DNA from: Deltaproteobacteria bacterium
GTDB taxonomy: Bacteria > Desulfobacterota > DSM-4660 > Desulfatiglandales > HGW-15
Length of the DNA: 64,000 nucleotides
Assembly: GCA_019310525.1 (NCBI GenBank)
Contig: JAFDEE010000004.1
Span: 8,828-72,827, forward strand
Direction: 5' to 3'
The position numbers were made by a program, and so were the translations under genes. The stretch's first letter is position 1. Every line of letters starts with the position of its first letter. Under the pieces are notes generated by a model. That model searched no databases. It was not told the DNA's origin and saw only the letters and a program-made list of their open reading frames with translations. Shown here piece by piece: positions 9,259 through 18,333 of this stretch.

Positions 9259-9945
9259 TCATTCTCCAAGCAGGATCTCCCGGGACTTGGGACCACAGTT
9301 TAAGAGCAGATCGAGGACGGAGAGGTTCGGAAGGAATTCGCCCCAGAGCTGGGGATACACCGGGACGGGGGGAGTGAAAAAATCCAAACTTATTCCCGCC
9401 TCCCGAAAAACTTCCTCATTCAAGAATTTCTTGGCCGGCCTCTGGGCCAAAAAGCGGGTTGCGCCCGTCCGCCTGCAGATCTCAATGAGCCTCCGATCCC
9501 CCGTGCCACCCACCCCAAGCTCCGAGAGGAGCAAAACCTCACCCTGGATACCTAGATGCCGGATCACGTGCCGGATAATCTCCATATTCAGGTCCAGGAG
9601 CCTTTCAAAATCCCCGGAGAAGATTTTTTCGAAGAACGGCAGGTGTTCCCTCAGGTAGGGCGCCCTGGCATAGGCGGTCTTGATGGTCTCCAGGTGCTTT
9701 TTCGCCCAGCGGCCCTCACGGCATATCCGGACGGAACGGATCGTCTGCAGGCCCAGTCCTTTTTTCCACACCGGGATGGTCATCCAAAGGGTGCCAAGGT
9801 GGTTCTTGAATCGGTTTCTCGAAATCCAGGTGGTGCCCCGGGGAAATTGAACGTCGTCCAGGATGACGAAAAGATCGGAAAGGTGGGCCTTGTAAAAGAA
9901 ACCGGGATAAGGGGCGAAGTAAGGCTGGCTGGCGGAAAGGATCAT
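9259..9945 (-). CDS. WbqC-like family protein
   Basis: 228 aa whose N-terminus (SQPYFAPYPGFFYK..VILDDVQF..W.SRNR) matches the WbqC family signature. Confidence 0.75.
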   Translation of the reverse strand: MILSASQPYFAPYPGFFYKAHLSDLFVILDDVQFPRGTTWISRNRFKNHLGTLWMTIPVWKKGLGLQTIRSVRICREGRWAKKHLETIKTAYARAPYLREHLPFFEKIFSGDFERLLDLNMEIIRHVIRHLGIQGEVLLLSELGVGGTGDRRLIEICRRTGATRFLAQRPAKKFLNEEVFREAGISLDFFTPPVPVYPQLWGEFLPNLSVLDLLLNCGPKSREILLGE

Positions 9946-10385
9946 TCAGGGAGAACCTTTTCATAGGGGTGAGGGTCCAGGAAAAGGCGGGGGTCTCTGG
10001 CTTTAAGTTCCCTGTAGCGGGAAAGGCAGAAACGCCTGGAGAAGTCCGGATGTTGGAGGTATGGGAGAGTATTCTTCTTAAAGATATCCACGAAGCGGTT
10101 GAAGACCTCCTCCTTCTGGTTCGCGTCGACGAAATGCTTTTCCTGTACATGGTTGTAAGTAACCTCTGTGCCGAGGACCCTTCTGAGGATGAAATACGCC
10201 CTGTCTTTTTCAGGGACGAAATGGAAGTATTCCTCCCTGAGGGGAACGGCGGCCCTGGCCTCCATGCGCACGAGCCAGCGATCCCCGGCGATGATGCGGC
10301 TCTGGTCCCATATTTCCAGCTTCAGCCCGTTTTGCAAGTTAAGGGTTTCGACGTGTTTTTCCCCGATCATCATACTCCTCTGCAA
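9942..10385 (-). CDS. hypothetical protein
   Basis: 147-aa ORF overlapping both neighbours (4 nt and 16 nt), consistent with translational coupling. No recognisable motif. Confidence 0.5.
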   Translation of the reverse strand: MQRSMMIGEKHVETLNLQNGLKLEIWDQSRIIAGDRWLVRMEARAAVPLREEYFHFVPEKDRAYFILRRVLGTEVTYNHVQEKHFVDANQKEEVFNRFVDIFKKNTLPYLQHPDFSRRFCLSRYRELKARDPRLFLDPHPYEKVLPE

Positions 10386-10975
10386 AGCCGAATGATTTCC
10401 CCGGATGTGTACTCGGCCACGTCGGCCAGGCCGTCCAGGGGCATGAAGATCCTGGCATTGGCCGAAAACAGACAGGTCACGGAAGCAGGAAATTCCTCGT
10501 CCGCCAGGTAAATGATGTAAAGGAGCGCAATCTTGGGCAGGGGGTAAAGCAACAGGGAGAGGTCTCCCGATCCCCCAGGGGGATCCTTTTCCCCTTCGAA
10601 GGCCTTCAGGATTTCTTCCGTCCTCTCCAGTATTTCCGGGACACGGGGAACCAGCACCCGTTCTGTATTAGCCGAGAAGGCCCCATGATAGGGCATGCTG
10701 TCGGGCAGGTCCTTGAAGGAGACAAATGGCGCGAGTCGAAGGGGATCCTGGACCACGTGAAGGGCATAAAGGGTCACGAGCAGGGCCCGGGGCCCTGTGT
10801 CGGCCTTCTCGGAGAAGGTGACGCCCTCGGGAGACAGGCAGCAGTCCCGGCCGAAAGCCCGGAACAGGAATTGTCTTCCCCTCCTGAGGGCCGGAATCTT
10901 TTTATCCAGGCCTTCCGGCTCCCGGTAGATGCGCTCCAGGTTGTTTCGGATGAGGGTGTCGTAGTTTGTTTCCAT
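10370..10975 (-). CDS. DUF3786-like protein
   Basis: 201 aa. The N-terminal pattern (..LFRAFGRDCCLSPEGV..) resembles DUF3786 as I recall it; assigned from memory only. Confidence 0.5.
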   Translation of the reverse strand: METNYDTLIRNNLERIYREPEGLDKKIPALRRGRQFLFRAFGRDCCLSPEGVTFSEKADTGPRALLVTLYALHVVQDPLRLAPFVSFKDLPDSMPYHGAFSANTERVLVPRVPEILERTEEILKAFEGEKDPPGGSGDLSLLLYPLPKIALLYIIYLADEEFPASVTCLFSANARIFMPLDGLADVAEYTSGEIIRLCRGV

Positions 10976-10978
10976 GTT

Positions 10979-11000
10979 ATTGAACGTTTTTCAAGGGTCT
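10979..11000. repeat. solo terminal fragment of the MITE family (ATTGAACGTTTTTCAAGGGTCT)
   Basis: Matches the AATTGAACGTTTTTCAAAGGTCTC end of the 32.6, 35.1 and 48.1 kb elements. No partner end lies nearby. Confidence 0.4.
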
Positions 11001-11097
11001 TTGGTTCTTCACCGGCAGATCAGCGGCGGTAGTGTAACACGAATCAGTCCGATTCCAAAGGGGAAAGGAAAGGGGACGGCGGGGGTCCCGGGGGGTG

Positions 11098-11904
11098 TCA
11101 TGAAGGGGAGGCCGGTTTTGGAGATGGAAGCAGACTGGATACATAAACAAGTCGGATCCCCCGCAGATTCCGGACGAAACGGCCCACGGCCCGGGCGGTC
11201 TCGGGAAAAGGATGTCCGATGCCGATGGCTGCGCCCCTGCTCAGGGCCCGACGCGCGAGCCTTTCAAGCTGGGCGAAAATGGCGGATTCATCCAGCCGCG
11301 TATCCAGAAAGATGTTCCTGCAAGCGGCTGCCATGTGGAGTCTGCGGGCGGTTTCGTAACCGGTGGACCGGCTGGTGGTGAGGCTGTCCACGAAAAAGAG
11401 GTTTTTTTCCTTGATTACGGCCAGGGCCTCCTCCATTTCCTTTTCCGAGGAGGTGAACCGGGATCCCATGTGGTTGTTTACCCCCGTTGCAAAGGGGATT
11501 TCAGAGATGTTTTCTTCCATGACTCGGGCGATTTTGTCGGCGTCATCCCCGACAAAAAGGGCGCCCGGCCCCGGGTCCACTTCCGGATTAAAGGGCTCCA
11601 TGGGCTGGTGGAGCATGATCTCGTGGCCGGCCTCGTGGATCTCACGGGCCAGGGCGTGGGAATAGGGAACACGGGGTAAGACGGCAAAGGTGATGGGAAC
11701 GCCGATGTCCAGGAAACGATGGGCGCGGGAGGGGCTGAAGCCGATGTCGTCCACGATAAGGGCGATGCGGGCAGGTCCCTTTCCGCCCCGCCGAGACCCG
11801 CGTTCACTGGCAAAGGCCTTGGAAATTCCGCTGAATCCGAAGAACGCTCCCATCAGAAAGGAGCTCCCTTTCACCAGAAAATCCCTTCTGCGCATGTCAC
11901 ACAC
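11098..11904 (-). CDS. divergent polysaccharide deacetylase family protein (YibQ-like)
   Basis: 268 aa with an N-terminal signal/TM segment and IALIVDDIGFS, LHQPMEP and NNHMGS motifs. Confidence 0.8.
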   Translation of the reverse strand: MCDMRRRDFLVKGSSFLMGAFFGFSGISKAFASERGSRRGGKGPARIALIVDDIGFSPSRAHRFLDIGVPITFAVLPRVPYSHALAREIHEAGHEIMLHQPMEPFNPEVDPGPGALFVGDDADKIARVMEENISEIPFATGVNNHMGSRFTSSEKEMEEALAVIKEKNLFFVDSLTTSRSTGYETARRLHMAAACRNIFLDTRLDESAIFAQLERLARRALSRGAAIGIGHPFPETARAVGRFVRNLRGIRLVYVSSLLPSPKPASPS

Positions 11905-12026
11905 TTTTTTTTCTGCCTGGGGTTCTCCGTCTGAAGGCGGTCAGTCTGATCGGCTTTTTTGTACAACTTGTTGTTGATGTTGTCAACACTAAACACAATA
12001 TATTGTATTATCATATTTGGGGAATA

Positions 12027-12053
12027 AAACCCTCGCTTTCAGGCGAAGGGTTT
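12027..12053 (-). terminator. intrinsic terminator on the minus strand (AAACCCTTCGC-loop-GCGAGGGTTTTATT)
   Basis: 10-bp stem with one bulge, followed on the minus strand by a U-rich tract. It separates the 12.06-12.40 kb orphan region from yibQ. Confidence 0.4.
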
Positions 12054-12305
12054 AGTTCGATTGTTTTTTATTAGGGTTCAAGTGGCCAAGTGATTGTTGT
12101 AGAATCCAATAAGCTGGCCTCAATGCATTTCGCCTTGACCCCTTGGGCCTTAAAGCTCGGCTTCAGCCGATATTTTTTACTACGCAGACGTTCTGGTTTT
12201 GAGGCGCTCTTCGGGCTGATCCAGTGAAGGGTGGCGCCCTTTTCTTGTGTGTACTCCTGAAAAGGTGGTGGAGGTAACGGTCCGGGATGTTGTATAGTTT
12301 AGTTT

Positions 12306-12362
12306 CCATCCATAAATGGCCTTTTTGGGCGAGGAAGGCGAAATCGGCCACTTATGGATAGG
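12306..12362. repeat. long imperfect hairpin repeat (CCATCCATAAATGGCC ... GGCCACTTATGGATAGG)
   Basis: The arms were read directly. The GGCCATTTATGGATGG arm recurs at 62528-62543. Confidence 0.45.
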
Positions 12363-12438
12363 CGCTGAATTATGGGGAATCTGAATTTCATCCAATCCGG
12401 GGCGGCAGAGGAAGGTCTTTTCGAAAAGGAGGTGTGCG

Positions 12439-13800
12439 ATGGGTTCTTCGGGAGATGAGGGGCTCCAGGCCCTGAGAGCCGATGCAGAAAAGATTTTTCG
12501 CGCGGGGGTGGGCAGGGTGGACCCGGGCGAGGCCGTTCGGCGGTTCGTCCGTCTGGAGGGTCAAACCCTGGTTTGCGGGAAAGAAGATTCCCACGGGGTG
12601 CACCTGGATCTTTCTGCATTCGACCATGTCTACCTGGTGGGGGGTGGAAAGGCGACGGCCCCCATGGCCGGGGCCATGGAGGAGATCCTGGGGGAGCGGA
12701 TCACGGGGGGGATCGTGAGTGTCAAGTACGGGTTCACTAAACGGCTTTCCCGAACCGAGGTGGTCGAAGCCGGCCATCCCCTTCCAGACCAAAAAGGAGT
12801 GGAGGGGACCCGGAAGATCCTGGATCTCCTTGAGGGGACTGGAGAGAGGGATTTGGTCTTCTCGTTGATTTCCGGGGGAGGGTCCGCTCTTTTGCCATCC
12901 CCCGCGGGACGGATCACCTTGGAGGAGAAACAGGCGGTGACCCGGGCCCTGCTGGAGTGCGGGGCGAACATCCACGAGATCAACAGCGTGCGAAAACACA
13001 TCTCTTCTTCCAAGGGGGGACAAATGGCCAGGGCCGCCTATCCGGCCACCGTCGTCAATCTTATGCTCTCGGACGTGGTTGGAGACGATATGGATGTCAT
13101 CGCCTCGGGCCCCTTTGTACCCGATTCGAGCACCTTCCAGGAGGCCCTTGGGGTACTGGATCGCTATGGACTCTCGGATATCCCGGAATCCGTCCGGGAC
13201 TACCTGAAGACGGGAATGGAAGGCCGTGTTCCGGAAACCCCCAAGGCAGGAGATCCTGTCTTCGACCGGGTCCACAACTTCGTCATCGGGAGCAACATCC
13301 TCGCCCTGGAGGCGGCGGCGAAGGAAGCGGAAAAGCAGGGATACCGCACCCTGATCCTTTCTTCCATGGTGGAGGGGGAGACCCGGGAGGTCGCCGGGGT
13401 GCATGTGGCCATCGGAAAGGAGATCCTGAGGACCGGCCGGCCCATGCCTCCGCCGGCCTGCGTTATTTCAGGCGGGGAGACCACCGTTACGATCCGGGGA
13501 AAGGGCTTGGGGGGAAGAAATCAGGAATTTTGCCTGGCGGCCGCCTTGGAGCTCCGGGACCTGCCTCCCCGAATCGTGGTGCTCAGCGGGGGGACGGATG
13601 GGAACGACGGACCCACGGAGGCCGCGGGTGCCGTCGTGGATCCGCAATCAGTGAAGCGGGGACGGGACCTAGGGCTGGCGGCCGGGGAATACCTGGAGAA
13701 CAACGACTCCTACCACTTTTTTAAAACCACGGGAGAACTGCTGGTAACCGGACCCACCAATACCAATGTCATGGATGTGAGGGTAATCCTCGTGCGGTGA
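12439..13800 (+). CDS. glycerate 2-kinase (DUF4147/MOFRL family; TtuD-like)
   Basis: 453 aa with a strong RBS (AAGGAGG). Motifs typical of MOFRL glycerate kinases: GGGKA, SGGGSALL, GGETTV and LSGGTDGNDGPT. Confidence 0.85.
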   Translation: MGSSGDEGLQALRADAEKIFRAGVGRVDPGEAVRRFVRLEGQTLVCGKEDSHGVHLDLSAFDHVYLVGGGKATAPMAGAMEEILGERITGGIVSVKYGFTKRLSRTEVVEAGHPLPDQKGVEGTRKILDLLEGTGERDLVFSLISGGGSALLPSPAGRITLEEKQAVTRALLECGANIHEINSVRKHISSSKGGQMARAAYPATVVNLMLSDVVGDDMDVIASGPFVPDSSTFQEALGVLDRYGLSDIPESVRDYLKTGMEGRVPETPKAGDPVFDRVHNFVIGSNILALEAAAKEAEKQGYRTLILSSMVEGETREVAGVHVAIGKEILRTGRPMPPPACVISGGETTVTIRGKGLGGRNQEFCLAAALELRDLPPRIVVLSGGTDGNDGPTEAAGAVVDPQSVKRGRDLGLAAGEYLENNDSYHFFKTTGELLVTGPTNTNVMDVRVILVR

Positions 13801-13882
13801 GGGGAGTTGAGCGAAGCCGGCCCCCGGGAGTAGAATGTGTCCCTCCTCCTTTTAGCGCCGGAAAATTCCGGGAAGCGGGTCC

Positions 13883-14962
13883 TCAAAGGGAATATTTCTT
13901 CAAGACCTTTTTGATGTCCTCGGTTCGATCCTTGTGGGTGACCAGGGTTTTATCCCCCGCCCGTACCACGACCAGATCCCTCACGCCGATCAGCATGACG
14001 GATTCATCCTTGTTCTCGCAGAAGACCAGGTTGTCCCTGGCGTCCATGTTCATCAGTCGACCGCGGGAATGGTTCCCCGAATCGTCCCCGGGGAGGTAGG
14101 CCTTCATGGCGTTCCACCCCCCCACGTCCGACCATGAGAATGTACACCCAACACAGCGCACCGTTTCCGCCCTTTCCATGACGGCATAGTCTATGGATAC
14201 CGTTTCGATCGAGGCGAAGGCCCTGCCGAGGGCCTCCGGCCACCTTGGCGTATCCAGGTACGTCGTGGCCTCCGAGAGGGCCTCCAGGTGGGCGGGGATG
14301 TGCCTTTCGATCTCTCTCAAGATGGCCTCCGCGGTCCAGACGAACATTCCGGAGTTCCACTTGAAACGCCCGGACTCCAGGTAGCCCCGGGCCGTCTCTA
14401 GGTCCGGTTTCTCCTTGAACCGGAGGAGTTCGTAGTGCTCGATCCCCTCGTCGTCGATGATTTTTCTTCCCAGCTCCAGGTAGCCGTAGCCCGTCGCCGG
14501 GTAAGTGGGGTGGATGCCGAAGGTGTATAGGACCGCTTCTTTTCGGGCGAATTTCAGGGCGGAGGACAGGGTCTTGCGGAAGACCTCCTCCGGTTCGATC
14601 ATGTGGTCGGCGGTCAAGGTGGCGATCACCGGGTTACCGAACCGCTCCCGGCAGATCAGGGCCCCGAGGCAGACGGCTGCGGCGGTATCCCGCCGATATG
14701 GTTCCCCAACGATGTTTTCCCGAGGGATTTGAGGCAACTCTTCCGAGACCATTTCCACGAAGTCCTTGCTGGTCAGGACCAGGATCCGGTCATTGGGAAA
14801 CAGGTCGCTTACCCTGTCCAGACTTTTCTGGAGAAGGCTGCGATCGTCGCTGAAGAGCTTTAAGAACTGCTTGGGTCTTGTTTCGGTGCTGAGGGGCCAG
14901 AACCGGGTTCCCGCCCCCCCCGCCATGATGATACAGGCTGTTCCATCCGAGCTTCCGTTCAT
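13883..14962 (-). CDS. manC: mannose-1-phosphate guanylyltransferase, nucleotidyltransferase domain only (no C-terminal cupin)
   Basis: 359 aa with the GGAGTRFWPLS signature. It ends without the PMI-type cupin found in bifunctional ManC. Confidence 0.85.
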   Translation of the reverse strand: MNGSSDGTACIIMAGGAGTRFWPLSTETRPKQFLKLFSDDRSLLQKSLDRVSDLFPNDRILVLTSKDFVEMVSEELPQIPRENIVGEPYRRDTAAAVCLGALICRERFGNPVIATLTADHMIEPEEVFRKTLSSALKFARKEAVLYTFGIHPTYPATGYGYLELGRKIIDDEGIEHYELLRFKEKPDLETARGYLESGRFKWNSGMFVWTAEAILREIERHIPAHLEALSEATTYLDTPRWPEALGRAFASIETVSIDYAVMERAETVRCVGCTFSWSDVGGWNAMKAYLPGDDSGNHSRGRLMNMDARDNLVFCENKDESVMLIGVRDLVVVRAGDKTLVTHKDRTEDIKKVLKKYSL

Positions 14963-15060
14963 GGTGCAATCCTCGTCAATTTAGGTTTTTTCCCGCCCGG
15001 CCCTTTTCGGCGTGCCGGCGGACCTAGATATTATGTGGGGCATGCAGGCCGAAGGGCCTG

Positions 15061-15993
15061 TTAAAGGGCGGGGCGGGGCCTTTTCAGGCAGAGATCCACG
15101 AGTTCATCAATTCTCGCGGTGCCCGCGCAGAGCACGCTGTCCGCTCCGCCCCAGTACAATTTCAGCGTTCCGTCCTCCTCCGGAACGGCGCCGCAGGTAA
15201 AGACCACATTGTGGACATATCCTGTGACTTCCCAGGGGTCCTCGGGCTGGAGGATCCACTCGTCCGCCACACCCAGGACCTTGCCGGGATCATCCAGGTC
15301 ATGGAGGGCCGCCCCCAACCGGTAGACGGCCCCGTCCATGGTCTTAAACACGCCGTGGAAGATCTGGAGCCATCCTCTTTCCGTCCTGATGGGCGTGGCG
15401 CCCGGTCCCACCTTCATCTCGTCCCAATGGTAGGGCATGGGCCTGATAAGGATCCTTGAGTCCCCCCAGTGGATCAGGTCCGGGGAATAGGAAATCCATA
15501 TCGACCACGGCGCAATCTCCGTATGGGGCCGGTCGAGGCGTACATACCTTCCCTCGAAGCGGGCCGGGAAGAGGACCACGTTCCTGCAATCGCATTGGGT
15601 TATCAGGGCCACGCGTTCAAGGCGCCTGAAATCCCTCGTCTTTGCAAGGGCTATGCGGACACCGTGCCGGGAATAGGCACTGTAGGTAATCAGAAATTCC
15701 CCGTCCAGGGCGCAGATACGCGGATCTTCCACCCCGAACTCTTCATAGGGAGCGAAAGGGCCTTCCTTTGCCGGCGTGATGAAAGGTTCCCCGTGCACCC
15801 TGAAGTTAAAGCCGTCCCGGCTCTCGGCCAGGCCGATGACGGAGCGGCCGTTCCTGAGGTGGGAGCGGAACAGCATGATGTACCTGTCCCCATGCTTGAC
15901 CACCCCCGCGTTGTGTACGGTCTCCACGGGATAGGGGACTTGATCCCTGGTAAGGATCGGATTGTTGCTATGTCGTTGTACCGGTCCGCCCAT
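15061..15993 (-). CDS. glycoside hydrolase family 130 protein (beta-mannoside phosphorylase-like), cytoplasmic
   Basis: 310 aa with NPILT..YP..V.NAG, EDPRI, YSA.S and WGG motifs. Clearly paralogous to 17335..18294. No signal peptide. Confidence 0.8.
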   Translation of the reverse strand: MGGPVQRHSNNPILTRDQVPYPVETVHNAGVVKHGDRYIMLFRSHLRNGRSVIGLAESRDGFNFRVHGEPFITPAKEGPFAPYEEFGVEDPRICALDGEFLITYSAYSRHGVRIALAKTRDFRRLERVALITQCDCRNVVLFPARFEGRYVRLDRPHTEIAPWSIWISYSPDLIHWGDSRILIRPMPYHWDEMKVGPGATPIRTERGWLQIFHGVFKTMDGAVYRLGAALHDLDDPGKVLGVADEWILQPEDPWEVTGYVHNVVFTCGAVPEEDGTLKLYWGGADSVLCAGTARIDELVDLCLKRPRPAL

Positions 15994-17332
15994 AATCGTC
16001 TTCCAGGCGTTCGATGTCGTCTTCCCCGAAGTAATCTCCCTTTTGGACCTCGATAAAGACCATGTTTTCTTCTCCGGGATTGGCGATCCTGTGGGCGCCC
16101 CCGCGGGGGATGTCCACGGATTCCCCTTCCTTCAGGGCGATCTCCCGCCCGTCGAGGGTCACAAGGGCCCGTCCCGTCACGATGTGCCAGTGCTCGGAGC
16201 GGCGACGGTGCCGCTGGTAGCTGAGCCTTTTTCCGGGATAGACCGTGATCCGCTTGACTTTGTGATCCTGCCTGTCGGAGAGGACCTCGTAGAACCCCCA
16301 CGGCCGGTGATCCTCCCTTTTTCTTTCCTCGAGGATCCGTTCGTAGACACGGATGTAATCGTCCACCATGCGCTCAACGCCGAACCGAGCCTCTACCCAC
16401 CGGCGGCATTCCTCCCGTCGGATTTTTTCGACACGGGAAACCGCTTCCACCATCTCATCCAGGTCTGAGACCAGGAAACCGGTCTGCCCGTGGGCGATCA
16501 CTTCGGGCATACTGCCCCGGTTGAAGGCCAGGACCGGGGTGCCGCAGGCCATGGCCTCGATCACCGAGAGGCCGAAGGGCTCTTCGAAATGGATGGGATG
16601 GAGCAAGGCATAAGCTCCGCCCAGCAGTTCGTCCCTCTTCTCCGGTCCGGCACTGCCGATATAGAGGATCTGCTCGTCGTCGATATGCGGTTTTACTTCC
16701 CTGTTGAAGTAGTCCTCATCCTGGACGATTCCCGCGATGATGAGCTTCTTTCCCGTTTTCCGGGCCACCTCGATGCACTCCCTTGTTCCCTTTTCATGGT
16801 GAATGCGGCCGAAGAAGAGTAGATAGTCTCCTTCGGCGGGACGAAAGGTGAATTGCTTAAGATCGATACCGTGATGAATGGTGGCGATGTATTCCAGCCC
16901 GGGATCTTTGTCCGCTTCGCTGATCGCTACGTAGTAGGCCCTGTGGTTGTATTTCCGATACACCGGCAGGATCCCGGGAGAGGAAAAACCGTGGATGGTG
17001 GTAAGGACCGGGGTGTCGGTCAGGGCGCTGTATGTGAGGGGCAGGAAATCGAAATGGTTGTGGATGAGATCGAATTCATCCGCCCTCTCGAACACCTCCG
17101 AGATATGGAGGCTTTCCCATACCTTCGGATCGAGGGTTTTGTCCTCCTCGTATCCCCTGGCGCAGACGGCGTGAAGCATACCAGCGGTTTCAGAATCTCC
17201 AGTGGCGAAAAGGGTGACGTCTACTCCCCTGGCGACCAGGCCTTCCGTCAAGAGGGAGACGACGTTCTCCCAGGGCCCGTAATGTCTTGGCGGGGTCCGC
17301 CAGGCGATCGGCGATAGCATGGCGATACGCAT
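15968..17332 (-). CDS. GT4 glycosyltransferase fused to a C-terminal PMI-type cupin domain
   Basis: The ORF was trimmed to ATG 17332 (MRIAMLSPIAWRTPPRHYGPWE), which has the RBS AAGGAGG and lies 2 nt after the upstream stop. The last ~112 aa (RPWGFYEV..VKRITVYPGKRLSYQRHRRRSEHWHIV..DDIERLEDDYGR) match the C-terminal cupin of bifunctional ManC/AlgA enzymes. Confidence 0.8.
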   Translation of the reverse strand: MRIAMLSPIAWRTPPRHYGPWENVVSLLTEGLVARGVDVTLFATGDSETAGMLHAVCARGYEEDKTLDPKVWESLHISEVFERADEFDLIHNHFDFLPLTYSALTDTPVLTTIHGFSSPGILPVYRKYNHRAYYVAISEADKDPGLEYIATIHHGIDLKQFTFRPAEGDYLLFFGRIHHEKGTRECIEVARKTGKKLIIAGIVQDEDYFNREVKPHIDDEQILYIGSAGPEKRDELLGGAYALLHPIHFEEPFGLSVIEAMACGTPVLAFNRGSMPEVIAHGQTGFLVSDLDEMVEAVSRVEKIRREECRRWVEARFGVERMVDDYIRVYERILEERKREDHRPWGFYEVLSDRQDHKVKRITVYPGKRLSYQRHRRRSEHWHIVTGRALVTLDGREIALKEGESVDIPRGGAHRIANPGEENMVFIEVQKGDYFGEDDIERLEDDYGRTGTTT

Positions 17333-17334
17333 TC

Positions 17335-18294
17335 TTATCCTCCTTGGATGGCGTTGTGTTCCCTGAGCCATGCGAGAAGTTCCTTGATACTCGCCGTGGC
17401 CAGGGCGATGCAGGTATCGGCGCCTCCGTAATAGAGGCGGATTTCGTCCCCTTCCAGGATCCAACCGCAGGGAAACACCACCTTGTCCACGTCGCCGAAG
17501 ATCTCGTAATCTTCCTCCGGGGCGAATATCCACTCATCGGAGCGAATGATGAGCCGGCGGGGATCTTCCAGGTCAAGGAGGGCCAGGCCCAACCGATAGA
17601 TGGATCCGCTGGCGGTGGTTCGAACCCCGTGGTAGAGGATCAACCATCCTTCCTCGGTCCTGAGGGGCGGGGGGGAGAGGCCGATCTTGTCCGCGTCCCA
17701 CCAGCCTCCTTTTCTGGCTGGAATCAAAATAGAGTGATCCCCCCAGTGTTTGAGGTCAGGGGAAAAAGAGATCCAGATATGGGCGCCGGTGGAGGGGAAG
17801 GTGGCCACGGGCCGGTGAAGCATGGCCCACCGACCGCCGAACCGGACCGGGAAAAGGGCCGCGTCCTTGTCCTCGGGTGGCATGACAGCCCCGATACGTT
17901 CGAACGTTCTGAAATCACGGGTTTTGGCCAGGGAGACCAAGGGTCCGCTCTTTGAGTAGGCCGTGTAAGCCACCACCCAGGATTCCAGTTTTTCCAGGTA
18001 GGTGATTCTTGGATCCTCGATCCCCCAAATCTCCTCAGGGAAGGTCTCCGGGCAGGGCCGAAGGGTGGGCCTTTCGTCGATCCGCCAGGAGCCGACACCG
18101 TCTTTGCTCCGGGCCGCCGTCAGGTGGGAGATACCGCTCCGCTCCTCCACGCGAAGGAGGAGCAGGGTTTGATCCCCGAAAGCGGTGGCCCCCGCGTTGA
18201 AGACCGAGTTAACCGGATAGGGCATCTCCCTTGAGGTCAGGATAGGGTTTCCCGGGTGTCTTCGAAAAAGCTCTTTGAAAAAAGGATTTTTCAT
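17335..18294 (-). CDS. glycoside hydrolase family 130 protein (second paralogue), cytoplasmic
   Basis: 319 aa. By eye it is roughly 40% identical to 15061..15993 over its full length. No signal peptide. Confidence 0.8.
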   Translation of the reverse strand: MKNPFFKELFRRHPGNPILTSREMPYPVNSVFNAGATAFGDQTLLLLRVEERSGISHLTAARSKDGVGSWRIDERPTLRPCPETFPEEIWGIEDPRITYLEKLESWVVAYTAYSKSGPLVSLAKTRDFRTFERIGAVMPPEDKDAALFPVRFGGRWAMLHRPVATFPSTGAHIWISFSPDLKHWGDHSILIPARKGGWWDADKIGLSPPPLRTEEGWLILYHGVRTTASGSIYRLGLALLDLEDPRRLIIRSDEWIFAPEEDYEIFGDVDKVVFPCGWILEGDEIRLYYGGADTCIALATASIKELLAWLREHNAIQGG

Positions 18295-18333
18295 CAGGCT
18301 TTCCCCTCCTTCAATGGAAATGCCGAAATTTTC

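Noticed and set aside
12388-13404. 338-aa ORF antisense to the glycerate kinase gene
   Set aside because: A shadow ORF with a Pro/Gly/Arg-rich translation. The sense strand carries clear MOFRL family motifs and a strong RBS.
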